Part shown: piece after piece, positions 48,673-58,795 of the stretch
How the letters are laid out: each line of letters begins with the position of its first letter
Position numbering within the stretch: the first letter of the stretch is position 1
Origin: an uncultured Verrucomicrobiae bacterium
Lineage (GTDB): Bacteria > Verrucomicrobiota > Verrucomicrobiia > Chthoniobacterales > JAFAMB01
Reading direction: 5' to 3'
DNA: 64,000 nt
Assembly: GCA_963813025.1 (NCBI GenBank)
Contig: CAWEXO010000013.1
Span: 256,001-320,000 of the forward strand
Notes under the pieces: model-generated
Database searches by the model: none
What the model was told of the DNA's origin: nothing
What the model saw: the letters and a program-made list of their open reading frames with translations, nothing else
Position numbers and translations under genes: made by a program

Positions 48673-49764
48673 TCACACTGCATATTTTTCTGCATCGACT
48701 CTCTTGAATTCCAACCCGTGACCCGGGCGCGACAGATCGGGATGCAGCGCGCCATTAACCGGCTGAACCACGCCATCGAAAAGCATGTTCTCGAGGCGCA
48801 CGTGATCGTGAAAATATTCTGCGTGTCGCATAGTTTTCGCCGCGCAGCCGGCATGTACGTGCATCGACGGCCCGCAATGCGATGAGAGCTGCAAATGCGC
48901 CGCCTGACAGAGCGCATCGGTCGCGAGAAACCCGGTGATCCCAGCGCAGCGTGTCGCATCCGCTTGCAAAACATCGACCGCTCCGGCGTCGAGCATCCTG
49001 CGGAAGTAAGTGAGATCGTACCCGTATTCGCCAGCGGCAATGTCCATGCCCGGTGGTCCGTCGTCGCGAATCAGTCGTAACCCCTCGAGATCGTCGGACG
49101 AAACCGGTTCCTCGAACCAGCTCACATTTAGTTCGGAGAATGCGTAAGCGAACTCCAGCGCTTGTTTTCGCGAGTACGCCCCATTTGCGTCGACGAACAG
49201 TTCAGCGTAATCGCCAATTGCGGCGCGCGCGACGGCAACGCGTTCCAGATCGCGATCGGGCTCACGCCCAATCTTCATTTTCACGCGCGGAATTCCCTGC
49301 TCGACCCAGCCGCCTAGTTGGTGCCGGAGTTGCTCGTCCGAGTACGACGTGAAACCACCGCTGCCGTAAATCGGGAGGGCATCTCGGGCCGGCCCGAGGA
49401 GCTTCACGAGTGGTTGCTCGAGCAGACGCGCTTTCAAGTCCCAAAGTGCATTGTCGACTCCCGAGATTGCCATCGAAGCGATACCTGGCCGACCGAGGTT
49501 GCGAATCGATTGGACCATTGCAATCCACGCCCGAGGGACGTCCATTGCATCGAGCCCTCTCACTACTTTGCCTAACGATTCATCGATCAGGCGGAAAGTC
49601 GCGGTATCCGCGTACGTAAAGCCGATGCCCGTCGTGTTCGCTGCCGTTGCTTCGACCAGGACAAGCGTCGTCGCGTCCCACTCGAATGTGCCGTCCGATT
49701 CAGGTGCGTCCGTCGGAATTCGATAAGCGGAGACGCGGATTTCGCCGATTGCCGTTCCGTGCAC
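48673..49764 (-). CDS. Mandelate racemase/enolase superfamily protein
   Basis: VDNALWDL, KMKIG, VDANG, FEEP, AGEYGY. Confidence 0.92.
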   Translation of the reverse strand: MHGTAIGEIRVSAYRIPTDAPESDGTFEWDATTLVLVEATAANTTGIGFTYADTATFRLIDESLGKVVRGLDAMDVPRAWIAMVQSIRNLGRPGIASMAISGVDNALWDLKARLLEQPLVKLLGPARDALPIYGSGGFTSYSDEQLRHQLGGWVEQGIPRVKMKIGREPDRDLERVAVARAAIGDYAELFVDANGAYSRKQALEFAYAFSELNVSWFEEPVSSDDLEGLRLIRDDGPPGMDIAAGEYGYDLTYFRRMLDAGAVDVLQADATRCAGITGFLATDALCQAAHLQLSSHCGPSMHVHAGCAAKTMRHAEYFHDHVRLENMLFDGVVQPVNGALHPDLSRPGHGLEFKRVDAEKYAV

Positions 49765-49935
49765 GTCTCAACTCCGGTGCGGCAGATGCGATGCAATCGC
49801 ACACTTGGACGCTTGCTGGATGATCCCGATCTTTTCCTCCGGATCCCCTTTCATCAGCAGCGCACCGACAAACAAGTCCCACTGGCTGTTGCACTGTGCA
49901 TTCCGAATTTGACCGGCGCGCTCCGGGCCCTCATG

Positions 49936-51693
49936 TTAGATGACTTCTCGAACCTTGTCTTCGAGGACGGTCTTAATGATTTTCCACCGGTCTTTTTCGC
50001 CTTTTGCCAGCGCTTCGGCGAAATGAAGAGCCTGTTCGGCGGAGATGTTTCCTGGTAGCGGCGGCTCATTCGGATCCACGACTGCCTGAATCACAGCGGG
50101 GCCTGGGTCGGCGAGCGCCTGCCGCAGGGTACTCTCTGCGTTCTTTGGATCTTCAATGGTGAAGCCGGCCGCTCCGCAACATCTCGCATATCCTGCAAAA
50201 TCGATCGGCTGCAAGTCCACTCCAAATTGAGGGTTACCTTCCTGCGCCATTTGCTCCCACTTGATTTCCCCCAAAACGTTGTTCTTGATAACAACTACTT
50301 TGACCGGCAGCTTATATTTCACAAGGGTTGCGATCTCGCCCATTAGCATCGTCAACCCGCCGTCACCCACGATACAAACGACTTGACGCCCAGGGTATGC
50401 CACCGACGCTCCGACGCCGTAGGGGAGGCCATTGGCCATCGTTGCCAGCGAACCCGAAAGCGAGAACTGCATTTGATCGCGGATCTCGATATAGCGGGCC
50501 GTCCACGTTGCAATCGTGCCACTATCCGAACAAACAATTGCATTCGCATCGAGCAGCTTATTCAAGTGATACGTGACCACCTGGGGCTTCATCGGCATAT
50601 CGCTCCGCGTGCCCCGCTTTTCCATAAGCTCGTTCCAGGCGGTCATGCGCTTCTGCGCTTTTTCCAGAAAGCTCCTCTGGTTCTTGCGTTGAATGAGCGG
50701 CAGAAGAGCTCGGAGCACGGTCCGGCAATCGCCCACAAAACCCACGTCCACTGCATGCCGTAAGCCAATCCGCGTAGGATCGAGATCGATCTGAATCGTC
50801 TTCGCCTGTCCCGGTTTCGGTAGGAACTCCATATAAGGAAAGCTGCTGCCGAGGATGAGGAAAGTGTCGCACTCCTTCAGCGCATCCTGCGAGGGCGCGG
50901 TGCCGAGCAGCCCAATACCGCCAGTGGTATAGGGATTACGATCCGGAATCGCGGCTTTCCCTAGCAGGGCCTTTATTATCGGTGCAGCCGCCGCCTCCGC
51001 AAGCGCCAGGACCTCTTCCCGTGCATCTAGGCAACCGCGGCCAATCAGCATGGCCACCTTCGATCCCTTGTTGATCAGGTCCGCTGCTTGCTGCAGGAGC
51101 TTTTCGGGCGGATTCGGATGCGCCGTGGCAAAAAGATCGCTGCTGTGTTCTGGGATGTTCGCCGAAGACCTTTCACTTTCAGACTTCGTCCACTCTTGAA
51201 TGTCCTTGGGTATCGTGATATGACAAACTGTTCTGCGGGCCAAAGCAGTCTTGATTGCCTCGTCGACTACATTGACCAGGTGGGCTGGGCCCATCACCCG
51301 CTGATTGTAGGCGGCCACATCCATAAACAGCTTGTCGAGATCGACATCTTGCTGATAATGAGTGCCAATCAAATCGTGAAAGGTATGGCCCGTGATGGCC
51401 AAGACCGGCTGTAAGTCACATTTCGCGTCATAAAGACCGTTCAACAGGTGAATGCCCCCAGGGCCAGAAGTTGCAAGGCAAACTCCCAAACGGCCAGTGA
51501 ACTTGGCGTAGCCACAGGCGGCGAAGGCGGCCGACTCTTCGTGCCGCACCTGGATGAACCGCAATTTGTCTTGATGCGTGCGTAACGCTTCAAAGATGCC
51601 ATTGATGCCATCGCCGGGGAAACCAAAAATGGTATCTACTCCCCACTCGATGAGCCGCTCTACTAAGTGATCTGCTACTGTCGGTTTGGACAT
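49936..51693 (-). CDS. poxB: TPP-dependent pyruvate oxidase/dehydrogenase
   Basis: FGFPGDG, VRHEESAAF, SGPGGIHLLNGLYDAK, GDGG...NN; GGAG RBS. Confidence 0.9.
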   Translation of the reverse strand: MSKPTVADHLVERLIEWGVDTIFGFPGDGINGIFEALRTHQDKLRFIQVRHEESAAFAACGYAKFTGRLGVCLATSGPGGIHLLNGLYDAKCDLQPVLAITGHTFHDLIGTHYQQDVDLDKLFMDVAAYNQRVMGPAHLVNVVDEAIKTALARRTVCHITIPKDIQEWTKSESERSSANIPEHSSDLFATAHPNPPEKLLQQAADLINKGSKVAMLIGRGCLDAREEVLALAEAAAAPIIKALLGKAAIPDRNPYTTGGIGLLGTAPSQDALKECDTFLILGSSFPYMEFLPKPGQAKTIQIDLDPTRIGLRHAVDVGFVGDCRTVLRALLPLIQRKNQRSFLEKAQKRMTAWNELMEKRGTRSDMPMKPQVVTYHLNKLLDANAIVCSDSGTIATWTARYIEIRDQMQFSLSGSLATMANGLPYGVGASVAYPGRQVVCIVGDGGLTMLMGEIATLVKYKLPVKVVVIKNNVLGEIKWEQMAQEGNPQFGVDLQPIDFAGYARCCGAAGFTIEDPKNAESTLRQALADPGPAVIQAVVDPNEPPLPGNISAEQALHFAEALAKGEKDRWKIIKTVLEDKVREVI

Positions 51694-52104
51694 CGGTTTT
51701 CTCCTTGGAGCGATTTGCTTGTCTGTTAGTTCTGAAATGCTTCCTATCGTTGGACAGGTTTAATGGATTTCTTAGATATATAATTCCTTCAACAAAGCCG
51801 GAAAAAATGGCGGTCTTTCCGAGCTACCTTTTGTCGAATTTTGTAGTGCCCTTTTATATACCGCCGCAAGCGGCTGATTTTCAAGCCTCCACTGTGGACG
51901 CTGATCGTTGTAGAAGGAGAAGTAGCCACAAAAAACCAGACAAATAGACCTTCTCGTATTTAAGGCTGCGCGAGTCATTCGACGAATGATATTTCAAAGT
52001 CCGTCTCACAGGAAAGATTCTCCTTGAAAGACGCGGTTTCTCTTAATTTTCGAATCTCGTAGCAAAAAGAATCAGGACTTTTAGTTCTGGCGAATTCCAC
52101 GGCC

Positions 52105-53065
52105 TCACAGCGAAATGTCAAAATTCCTTCCCTCCCAACGTTTTGAATCAGTCCAACGGAAGGTGAATACCAACGAGCCGCCGGGCGGCAATTGTTCGGC
52201 CGGAAGATCGACAACGTATACACCAAGCTTCGTATCCCGCGTTTCTGTGTCATGGGTGGTCTGCCAGTTGTCGGTGCTCCAATGAAGCGTCGCTGACGCG
52301 AATACTTCGATGCGCAGATTCTTGCCTTTGGTCAGCGATCGGATCTTGTCGCTAAAGCGCCAGCTCTCGAAGCCAGCGCGCTTTTTTTCGACCAGATACC
52401 GCGTTGCCGTGGCCGCCGGCATATCAAAACTTTTCGGTCACGCAGCGATCGTGAGAGTTTGATGTATTCCGCATGCGCCCAAACCAATGGCATGCCGGAA
52501 CCGGAGAGCAATTCAAAAACGGCGCCGAGCAAGCGAGCGCGAGCGCGTTTCTATTGCATTCGGCAAACAAAAATCGCTGGCCCCACGCATCGCTGATCCA
52601 CGCCGTATTATTCGCTCCTCCGTCATTGAGATGCGGCGCGAGTAAGACATACAAGAAAAACTCACCCTCCCTTTGCGCGACGAAGCGGGTGCGGACCAGC
52701 AGCACATCGAGTCGCGGATCGGTAATGATCTCTTTTTCGATGCGGTAACATCCCTCTGTGCACTCATTCGTTATGCGAAATGCGGGTACGCCGTCGGCCA
52801 CGTATTCGACTTTGTGCTTGGTGTGGCGTTTTTCCTCGGAAAAGAAATCTTTCCCGTCGGTGACGATGAAACCCATGTCGCGCGTGCAGGCGCGATCGAC
52901 CTCGGGCTAATAAATTTCGTCGACTATTCCGTGGCCGACCGTGAACCAGACTTGACTCGCCGGTTGAGCTGCGGTACCCACTCCGGACTTTGCACTCGAG
53001 GTCCAGCGGGGCTCGATCCCGGGCGCCCCGGGTGCGTCTTCCTCAGATTGTTTCTTGGCAGGCAT
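52105..53065 (-). pseudogene. Glucoamylase/glucodextranase (GH15) with in-frame stop and loss of most of the catalytic domain
   Basis: APGAPGIEPRWTSSAKSGVG...EIY*PEVD; N-terminal domain fused to MPLVWAHAEY; C-terminal domain retained. Confidence 0.85.
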
Positions 53066-53239
53066 TATCCGTATATTCGATCTTTCGCAAGAAACCCGCC
53101 AGCGATCGCGCCAATGAAGCCAAGGGCCGCTGCAGTAATCCAGCCGCGGTGCAAGTCAGTCCAAAGCTGCGGCGCTCGACTCCTCGCCGAGTCCCTTCCA
53201 AACCAGCTAGCCCACGCCCGATGAGGCCCAGCACCAGCC

Positions 53240-53345
53240 GCGCCGATAACCATGATCCCGTATCCACGGCAACATACCGAACCGCCCATTTCTGATCATC
53301 AAAATAAAAGCCCTTCACGGCACCGCCACCGTAATGGAGCGATGA
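53240..53345 (-). pseudogene. PRC-barrel protein fragment
   Basis: GAVKGFYFDDQKWAVRYVAVDTGSWL. Confidence 0.6.
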
Positions 53346-53372
53346 GTTTCCGGAACTCAATCTTAAAATTGG

Positions 53373-53852
53373 TCATCGCCACTTTATCATCACGATCGAA
53401 GCCTTTCCGAAAAACAGCGGCACTGAAACGGAAGTGCCGGTGGTGGTTGCATAGCCGGTGCCAGTGAAGGTATTTCCAATATAGAAGCCGGAGACGTTCG
53501 CAGAGGTGGCAGAATTAGCCGTACCGACAGTGCCCGCATATTCGGTCCCTTGCTGCAACACGATGATCGCATCCGCGCCCAATTCTTTGGCCCTCCGAGC
53601 GGCGAATTCGATGACCCCTCTCCGACGGATAGGTGCAGTAGTCGCATCGAGATAACCGACTACATTGTATGGCCGGTTTGGATAGCCCAGATAGGTAGGC
53701 ACAGCGTAGTTTGTCTTAACAAACGCTCCTGGAGCAGTGGGCCAGTTTTGTTGTTGGCCTTGATAGGGCGTAAAGTCTGCGATCGCGCACCCCGCCAAAA
53801 GTAGTGCCGTAAGCAAAAGTAATGCCGAAGGTCTCCGGAAACCCTGAAACAC
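53373..53852 (-). CDS. Hypothetical lipoprotein
   Basis: Lipobox LLAGC; AKELGADAII; 5' end overlaps an antisense fragment. Confidence 0.7.
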   Translation of the reverse strand: MFQGFRRPSALLLLTALLLAGCAIADFTPYQGQQQNWPTAPGAFVKTNYAVPTYLGYPNRPYNVVGYLDATTAPIRRRGVIEFAARRAKELGADAIIVLQQGTEYAGTVGTANSATSANVSGFYIGNTFTGTGYATTTGTSVSVPLFFGKASIVMIKWR

Positions 53853-54050
53853 TGCTTCGCCTGCGCGAAGCCGCCGGTTCGGAGATCGGGGCGAACTTTG
53901 ATCCGTCTCACTTGATTTGGCAGGGTGTGGACCCGGCAGCTGCGGTCCGAGCGCTGCAAGGCGCGATCTGGCACGTGCACGCCAAGGATACCAGCGTCCA
54001 GCCTTGGAACGCTCGAAAAAATGGGGTGCTCGACACTAAACATTACCGGG
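53836..54050 (+). pseudogene. Sugar phosphate isomerase/epimerase (xylose isomerase-like TIM barrel) fragment
   Basis: NPETLLRLR, GANFDPSHLIWQG, HVHAKD, NGVLDT. Confidence 0.8.
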
Positions 54051-54357
54051 ACTCCTGCACTGGGTATAGGCAGAGGACGATGATGAAAACCATGGCCACT
54101 AAGATTTGTTGGACTGCAGCCAAAATTCGCTTATAAGAATCTCTAGTATCGTTTTATCGATCACTCCCCCCCAGGTAAGTCGTTCCAAAGGCTTCCAGAT
54201 AAAAAATCTACCCCAAAATAATCATCCATGAAAAGGTTCTGCGGTCTGCAAGATGTTTTAACTAACTTGATCTTTATTCGAGGCGCATGCTCGCCTTCGC
54301 CTACCAACTTGGTTGCGTCCACTAGAGGATAGTCCCTTAGAAAAAAATAGGTTACAA

Positions 54358-55440
54358 ATGCACAAAGACATGCAAGACCAGGAAGAAGCAGCGCAGGAGA
54401 TAAGCATCGCAATCAGTCGGCGCAAGGCATTCGCGATGGCAACAAAGCTTGGCTTGGGGGGTGCGGCGTTTGCTGGCTGGCTCGGCACAGGCTTCGCGGC
54501 TAGTCCACCGGCAGCGGCCGGAGGCCTGCCCAAAAAGAACTATAAATTTGTTTTTGTTAATCATGTAACCACCAACGAGTTCTTTGCGCCGACGATATAT
54601 GGTATTCAGGATGCTTGCGCCTTCTATGGGTGCAGTTATCAATGGACCGGCTCGCAGAACAGCGTCGTCTCTGAGATGGTCAATGCTATGCAAACTGCTA
54701 TCGCCGGAAAGGCAGACGGAATCGCCGTGTGCCTTATCGACGCCACGGCGTTTGACGCTCCGACGGCCAAGGCTCTGGACGCGGGTATTCCGGTGATTGG
54801 CTACAACGCAGACGTGCCGGCCGGCAGTCCCAACAAGCGTCTGTGCTATGTGGGGCAACCTCTTTATCAGTCCGGGTATAATATCGCCACCAAATGGCTG
54901 AAACTGGTGCCTAAGGGCAGCCACGTCATGCTTTCCATACCCAGTCCGGGCACGCTTAACCTGCAGCCGCGCCTTGACGGCTACATTCAGGCCATCAAGG
55001 ACCACGGCAACCCCGTAACTTACGATGTCGTCAATAGCGGCGTAGACCAGGCCACGGAGTTATCGCGGATTGAGAGTTATTACCTCAGCCATAAGGATGT
55101 GGCTGGTCTGTTTGGCACCGGTGGTGGAGACACCTACGCCTGCGGCTTCGTGTCCGCCAAGTACGGCTTGGCGAAAAAAAACGTGATCGTTGCGGGCTAT
55201 GATCTGTACCCCCAAACCTTGGGCTATATCAACACCGGCGATATGACGTTTACCACCGATCAGCAGCCCTACCTGCAAGGCTTCGTGCCTCTGCAGCAAA
55301 TGTATCTGTACAAGCTTTCGGGCGAGGCCGTCGCCCCGGCAGATACAAATACAAGCCTTGCCTACGTCACCAAGGACAACGTCCATCTTTATCTTGGTAA
55401 GAGCCGCTTTGAGGGCAGCACCAGCGCCGAGCCGACGTAA
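54358..55440 (+). CDS. Sugar ABC substrate-binding protein with a Tat-like signal
   Basis: SRRKAF, FVNHVTTNEFF, DQQPYLQG. Confidence 0.9.
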   Translation: MHKDMQDQEEAAQEISIAISRRKAFAMATKLGLGGAAFAGWLGTGFAASPPAAAGGLPKKNYKFVFVNHVTTNEFFAPTIYGIQDACAFYGCSYQWTGSQNSVVSEMVNAMQTAIAGKADGIAVCLIDATAFDAPTAKALDAGIPVIGYNADVPAGSPNKRLCYVGQPLYQSGYNIATKWLKLVPKGSHVMLSIPSPGTLNLQPRLDGYIQAIKDHGNPVTYDVVNSGVDQATELSRIESYYLSHKDVAGLFGTGGGDTYACGFVSAKYGLAKKNVIVAGYDLYPQTLGYINTGDMTFTTDQQPYLQGFVPLQQMYLYKLSGEAVAPADTNTSLAYVTKDNVHLYLGKSRFEGSTSAEPT

Positions 55441-55578
55441 GAAATTGTCGAGTCAGGCGGCCATTTGCGTCACCATTCATACCAATGCAAGCACGTCGGG
55501 CTGAAGGCAGGCCGATCCGCGCGCGGTATTCTGAAGTCGATGACGGGTCACCGACGAGCATTATAGCATGATGAACAT

Positions 55579-56655
55579 ATGCCGCGGACGACCCAGACCG
55601 CCCAGAAAACGACGGACAAGGTTGGATTAAAAGTACCCGACACAGCATTGGAGAGAGCACTGGCTATTTTATCCCGCTACCGGGAGGCCAGCATTGCCGT
55701 CGTTGCGATTATACTGGCGATCTACTTCCAGTTGGCCAGCAACGGGGCGTTCCTATCTTCCCAGGAGCTGAGCGTTGTTCTCCGCGACACCGGTCGTTTT
55801 GGATTGATTGCCGTGGCTGAAGTCATGCTCATGATCACTGGCGAGATCGACCTTTCCGTCGGAAGCACCTTCTCTCTCGCTGCTTATGTGATGGTTCTGA
55901 TGTCCATAGGTTGGGGCGTTCCAATAGCCGTCAGTGCCGTGGCCGGTGTCCTGCTCGGGCTCCTGATAGGAGTGGTCAACGGCGTCATCACCGTCAGATT
56001 CCGCGTGCCCTCCCTGATCACCACGGTCGGCACGTTTTTCCTGCTGCAAGGTGTCGTTGTGTCGATCTACAACAGCCAACCTATCGTGGCGCCCGTGCAA
56101 GAACCCTTCAACGAAATCTTCGGCGAGAATCTGTACGGTCCGAACGATTCCATCTGGTCCTGGCATGGCTTGACGGCATTCACGCCTTTCCTTTGGACGG
56201 TCTTGGTTGTCGCGGCGATGGCAGTGGTATTGAACAGAACCACCTTCGGTCTGCACACCATTGCCACCGGCAGTAACATTGTCGGAGCACGAGAGATCGG
56301 TGTGCGCACTGGCAGGATCAAAGTGTATAATTTCATGATCGCCGGGGCATTCGCTGCCGCTGCTGGAATTATCAACACCACTCAGTTTTCCTCCGCCGAC
56401 CCACTCGCCGGCGGTCCCTTTCTTACTCTTCAGGCCATTGCGGCAGCAGTGATCGGAGGCACCTCGCTGCTTGGCGGGTCTGGGACCGCCATCGGCGCAT
56501 TGCTCGGTGCGTTCGTGGTGGCCACTCTCAACAACGGTCTTGTCATGATCGGCGCCCAGGCAACCGTGTCCGATATTTACTTGGGAGCCGCGATCATTCT
56601 GGCTATGATCCTCAACGTGCAGGTTGACCGCGTACGCGCGCGCAGACGCATATGA
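55579..56655 (+). CDS. Sugar ABC transporter permease
   Basis: GEIDLSVGS, IAAAVIGGTSLLGG. Confidence 0.93.
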   Translation: MPRTTQTAQKTTDKVGLKVPDTALERALAILSRYREASIAVVAIILAIYFQLASNGAFLSSQELSVVLRDTGRFGLIAVAEVMLMITGEIDLSVGSTFSLAAYVMVLMSIGWGVPIAVSAVAGVLLGLLIGVVNGVITVRFRVPSLITTVGTFFLLQGVVVSIYNSQPIVAPVQEPFNEIFGENLYGPNDSIWSWHGLTAFTPFLWTVLVVAAMAVVLNRTTFGLHTIATGSNIVGAREIGVRTGRIKVYNFMIAGAFAAAAGIINTTQFSSADPLAGGPFLTLQAIAAAVIGGTSLLGGSGTAIGALLGAFVVATLNNGLVMIGAQATVSDIYLGAAIILAMILNVQVDRVRARRRI

Positions 56656-57497
56656 AGCAGAACGAGATTGCCGCGATCAACCCGAACGCTCCCGTCATTC
56701 TTGAAATGAGCCACATCAGCAAGACCTTCGGGGCCGTGACGGCACTTGTCGATGTGAGCATCAAGCTCCGTCAAGGAGAAGTACTAGCTCTGGTTGGCGA
56801 CAACGGCGCGGGCAAGTCCACCCTGATCAAAATCCTGTCCGGGTTTCACCGTCCTGACAGCGGCACCATTGTCTACCAAGGCAAAGAGGTACACTTTGGC
56901 TCCCCTCGCGAAGCGCGCGCCCTGGGCATCGAGACGGTCTATCAGGACCTCGCCCTAATTAATGACCTCAGCGTCTACCACAACATGTTCGTGGGCCGCG
57001 AGTACCACAAGCACATCCTGGGGTTGAAACTCTTGGACAATAAGAAAATGCGCGGTCTTGCCCGGACCTATCTCGATACGCTGGGGATCGAAGTTCCCAG
57101 CGTGAGCAGCACAGTCGACCTTCTGTCTGGAGGGCAGCGTCAGTCGGTCGCCGTTGCTCGATCAATTTACTCGTCGCCAACCATCTTGGTCCTGGATGAG
57201 CCACTGGCCGCTCTCGGCGTGCGGGAGGGTGCCCACGTTCTGGGCCTGATCCAGAATCTCCGTCGACAGCGCAGCGTTTCGATCATTCTGATCGTGCACA
57301 ACTATAACCAGGTCTTTGAAGTATGCGATCGTATTAACTTCCTGCACTCCGGCGGAATCGTGCTCGACGCCTCCACGTCCGAGACAAGCGAGGAAGAACT
57401 GATCCGCATTGTTAAGTCGGGCCTTGGCCGCCAAGCCATCGCCGCCGCGGCCGCCGAAGTTGGGATTAACCTCACCGCGCAATCGGGCGGGGAATGA
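56652..57497 (+). CDS. Sugar ABC transporter ATP-binding protein (single domain)
   Basis: GDNGAGKS, LSGGQ, LVLDEP. Confidence 0.93.
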   Translation: MKQNEIAAINPNAPVILEMSHISKTFGAVTALVDVSIKLRQGEVLALVGDNGAGKSTLIKILSGFHRPDSGTIVYQGKEVHFGSPREARALGIETVYQDLALINDLSVYHNMFVGREYHKHILGLKLLDNKKMRGLARTYLDTLGIEVPSVSSTVDLLSGGQRQSVAVARSIYSSPTILVLDEPLAALGVREGAHVLGLIQNLRRQRSVSIILIVHNYNQVFEVCDRINFLHSGGIVLDASTSETSEEELIRIVKSGLGRQAIAAAAAEVGINLTAQSGGE

Positions 57498-57530
57498 AAT
57501 CAGTTTTCCCGGCCTTCCTGAACATAGATC

Positions 57531-57776
57531 ATGAGAGGCTTGTTAATTTTCGCAGAGAACCGCACCTCGGTGGAATTGCGCGAGTATCCATTTCCAGAGA
57601 TTGATGAAGGAGATGTGCTGGCCTCGATCAAATTGGTTGGCGTCTGCGGCAGTGATCTTCGTCAGTATGGCGGCAATGGCTGGTCGGTGAATTATTCGGT
57701 CGGCGCGAATGGCATCGAGGAGCTGAGGGAATCTGTTCAAGGCGAGGATCGAAAGGCGTTTCGTCAGCTGAGATAA
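57531..57776 (+). pseudogene. Truncated Zn-dependent dehydrogenase N-terminus
   Basis: VGVCGSDL, then unrelated sequence. Confidence 0.65.
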
Positions 57777-57782
57777 TTTGTC

Positions 57783-58563
57783 ATGGATCCCGACTATCCT
57801 GAATCTAAGGGTAAGCGAACCCTTATCACCGGCGGCACGCAAGGCATCGGCAAAGCGATCGCCAAGCGGTTGGCGCGGCAGGGTGCCGTGGTTTATCTGA
57901 ATTACGCTCGAAACGAAAAGGCTGCCCGCGAGACCCTCGACGAATTCCGCGAGGCTGGTTACACCCTCCGAATTGTGCCAAGCCGATTTGGGCGCGCCCG
58001 ACGCGGTGGAGGCCATGCTTGGGGAAATTCACCGGAACGGCCCACTCGACCTCGTCGTGTTCAACGCGGGCTATCAGGAAAAGAAGGGATTTTTTGAGAC
58101 GGATATCGCATTGATCCAGAGGACGCTTGACGTCAATATCCTGGCCAATTTTCAGATCGTCCAGAAAGTCGCCTGCAAGATGACTGCAGCCGGGCGCCAA
58201 GGGCGGATGGTGATGTGCTCCTTGGGTCATGGAACAATGGCTTTCAAGGGCACTTTCGCCTACGATGTCTCCAAAGCCGCGCTAAACCATTTTATGCGGT
58301 GCGCAGCTCTGGAATTGATAGAACATGGAATCCGTCTTAATGCCGTCGACATTGGCTGGACTCACACTCCAGGCGAGCGGCGCTGGTTTTCGAAGGAGGA
58401 GCAAGACCGGCTCGCCCGCTCGATCCCGATCGGTCGCGCCGCCCAAGCCGACGAAATCGCGGCCATCATCGAGTTTCTTCTCTCCAATCAGGCCAGCTAT
58501 GTGGTCGGCTCCCTTTACACCGTCGACGGCGGGTTTGTCCTGCGCCCCAATCCATCAACCTAG
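57783..58563 (+). pseudogene. SDR family oxidoreductase with a +1 frameshift (~57965)
   Basis: TGGTQGIG | NAG, YDVSK, VDGG; one extra C in ACCCTCC. Confidence 0.85.
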
Positions 58564-58795
58564 TGCGAGGAGTCTGTGAGTCATATGGGAGTTTTACGCT
58601 AGTATCCAAGACATGAGTTTTCGCTCGAATTGGTATTGGTTTCTGGAGAGCGCAAGGAACTGGAACTTCGAGCTTGGAGCCGGTCATTGGCGGCGGAGTT
58701 AGTTAGAAAAGCGAGGTGATTGTTGTGGCAGCGCGCGGCCATTCCTATCGCGGAGATAAGAGAGGAGTTGGCTTGCATGGTTCGTTACCATTCCG

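Noticed and set aside
49790..49935. Short ATG-initiated frame between poxB and the enolase-family gene
   Set aside because: Probably a deletion scar; no identifiable family
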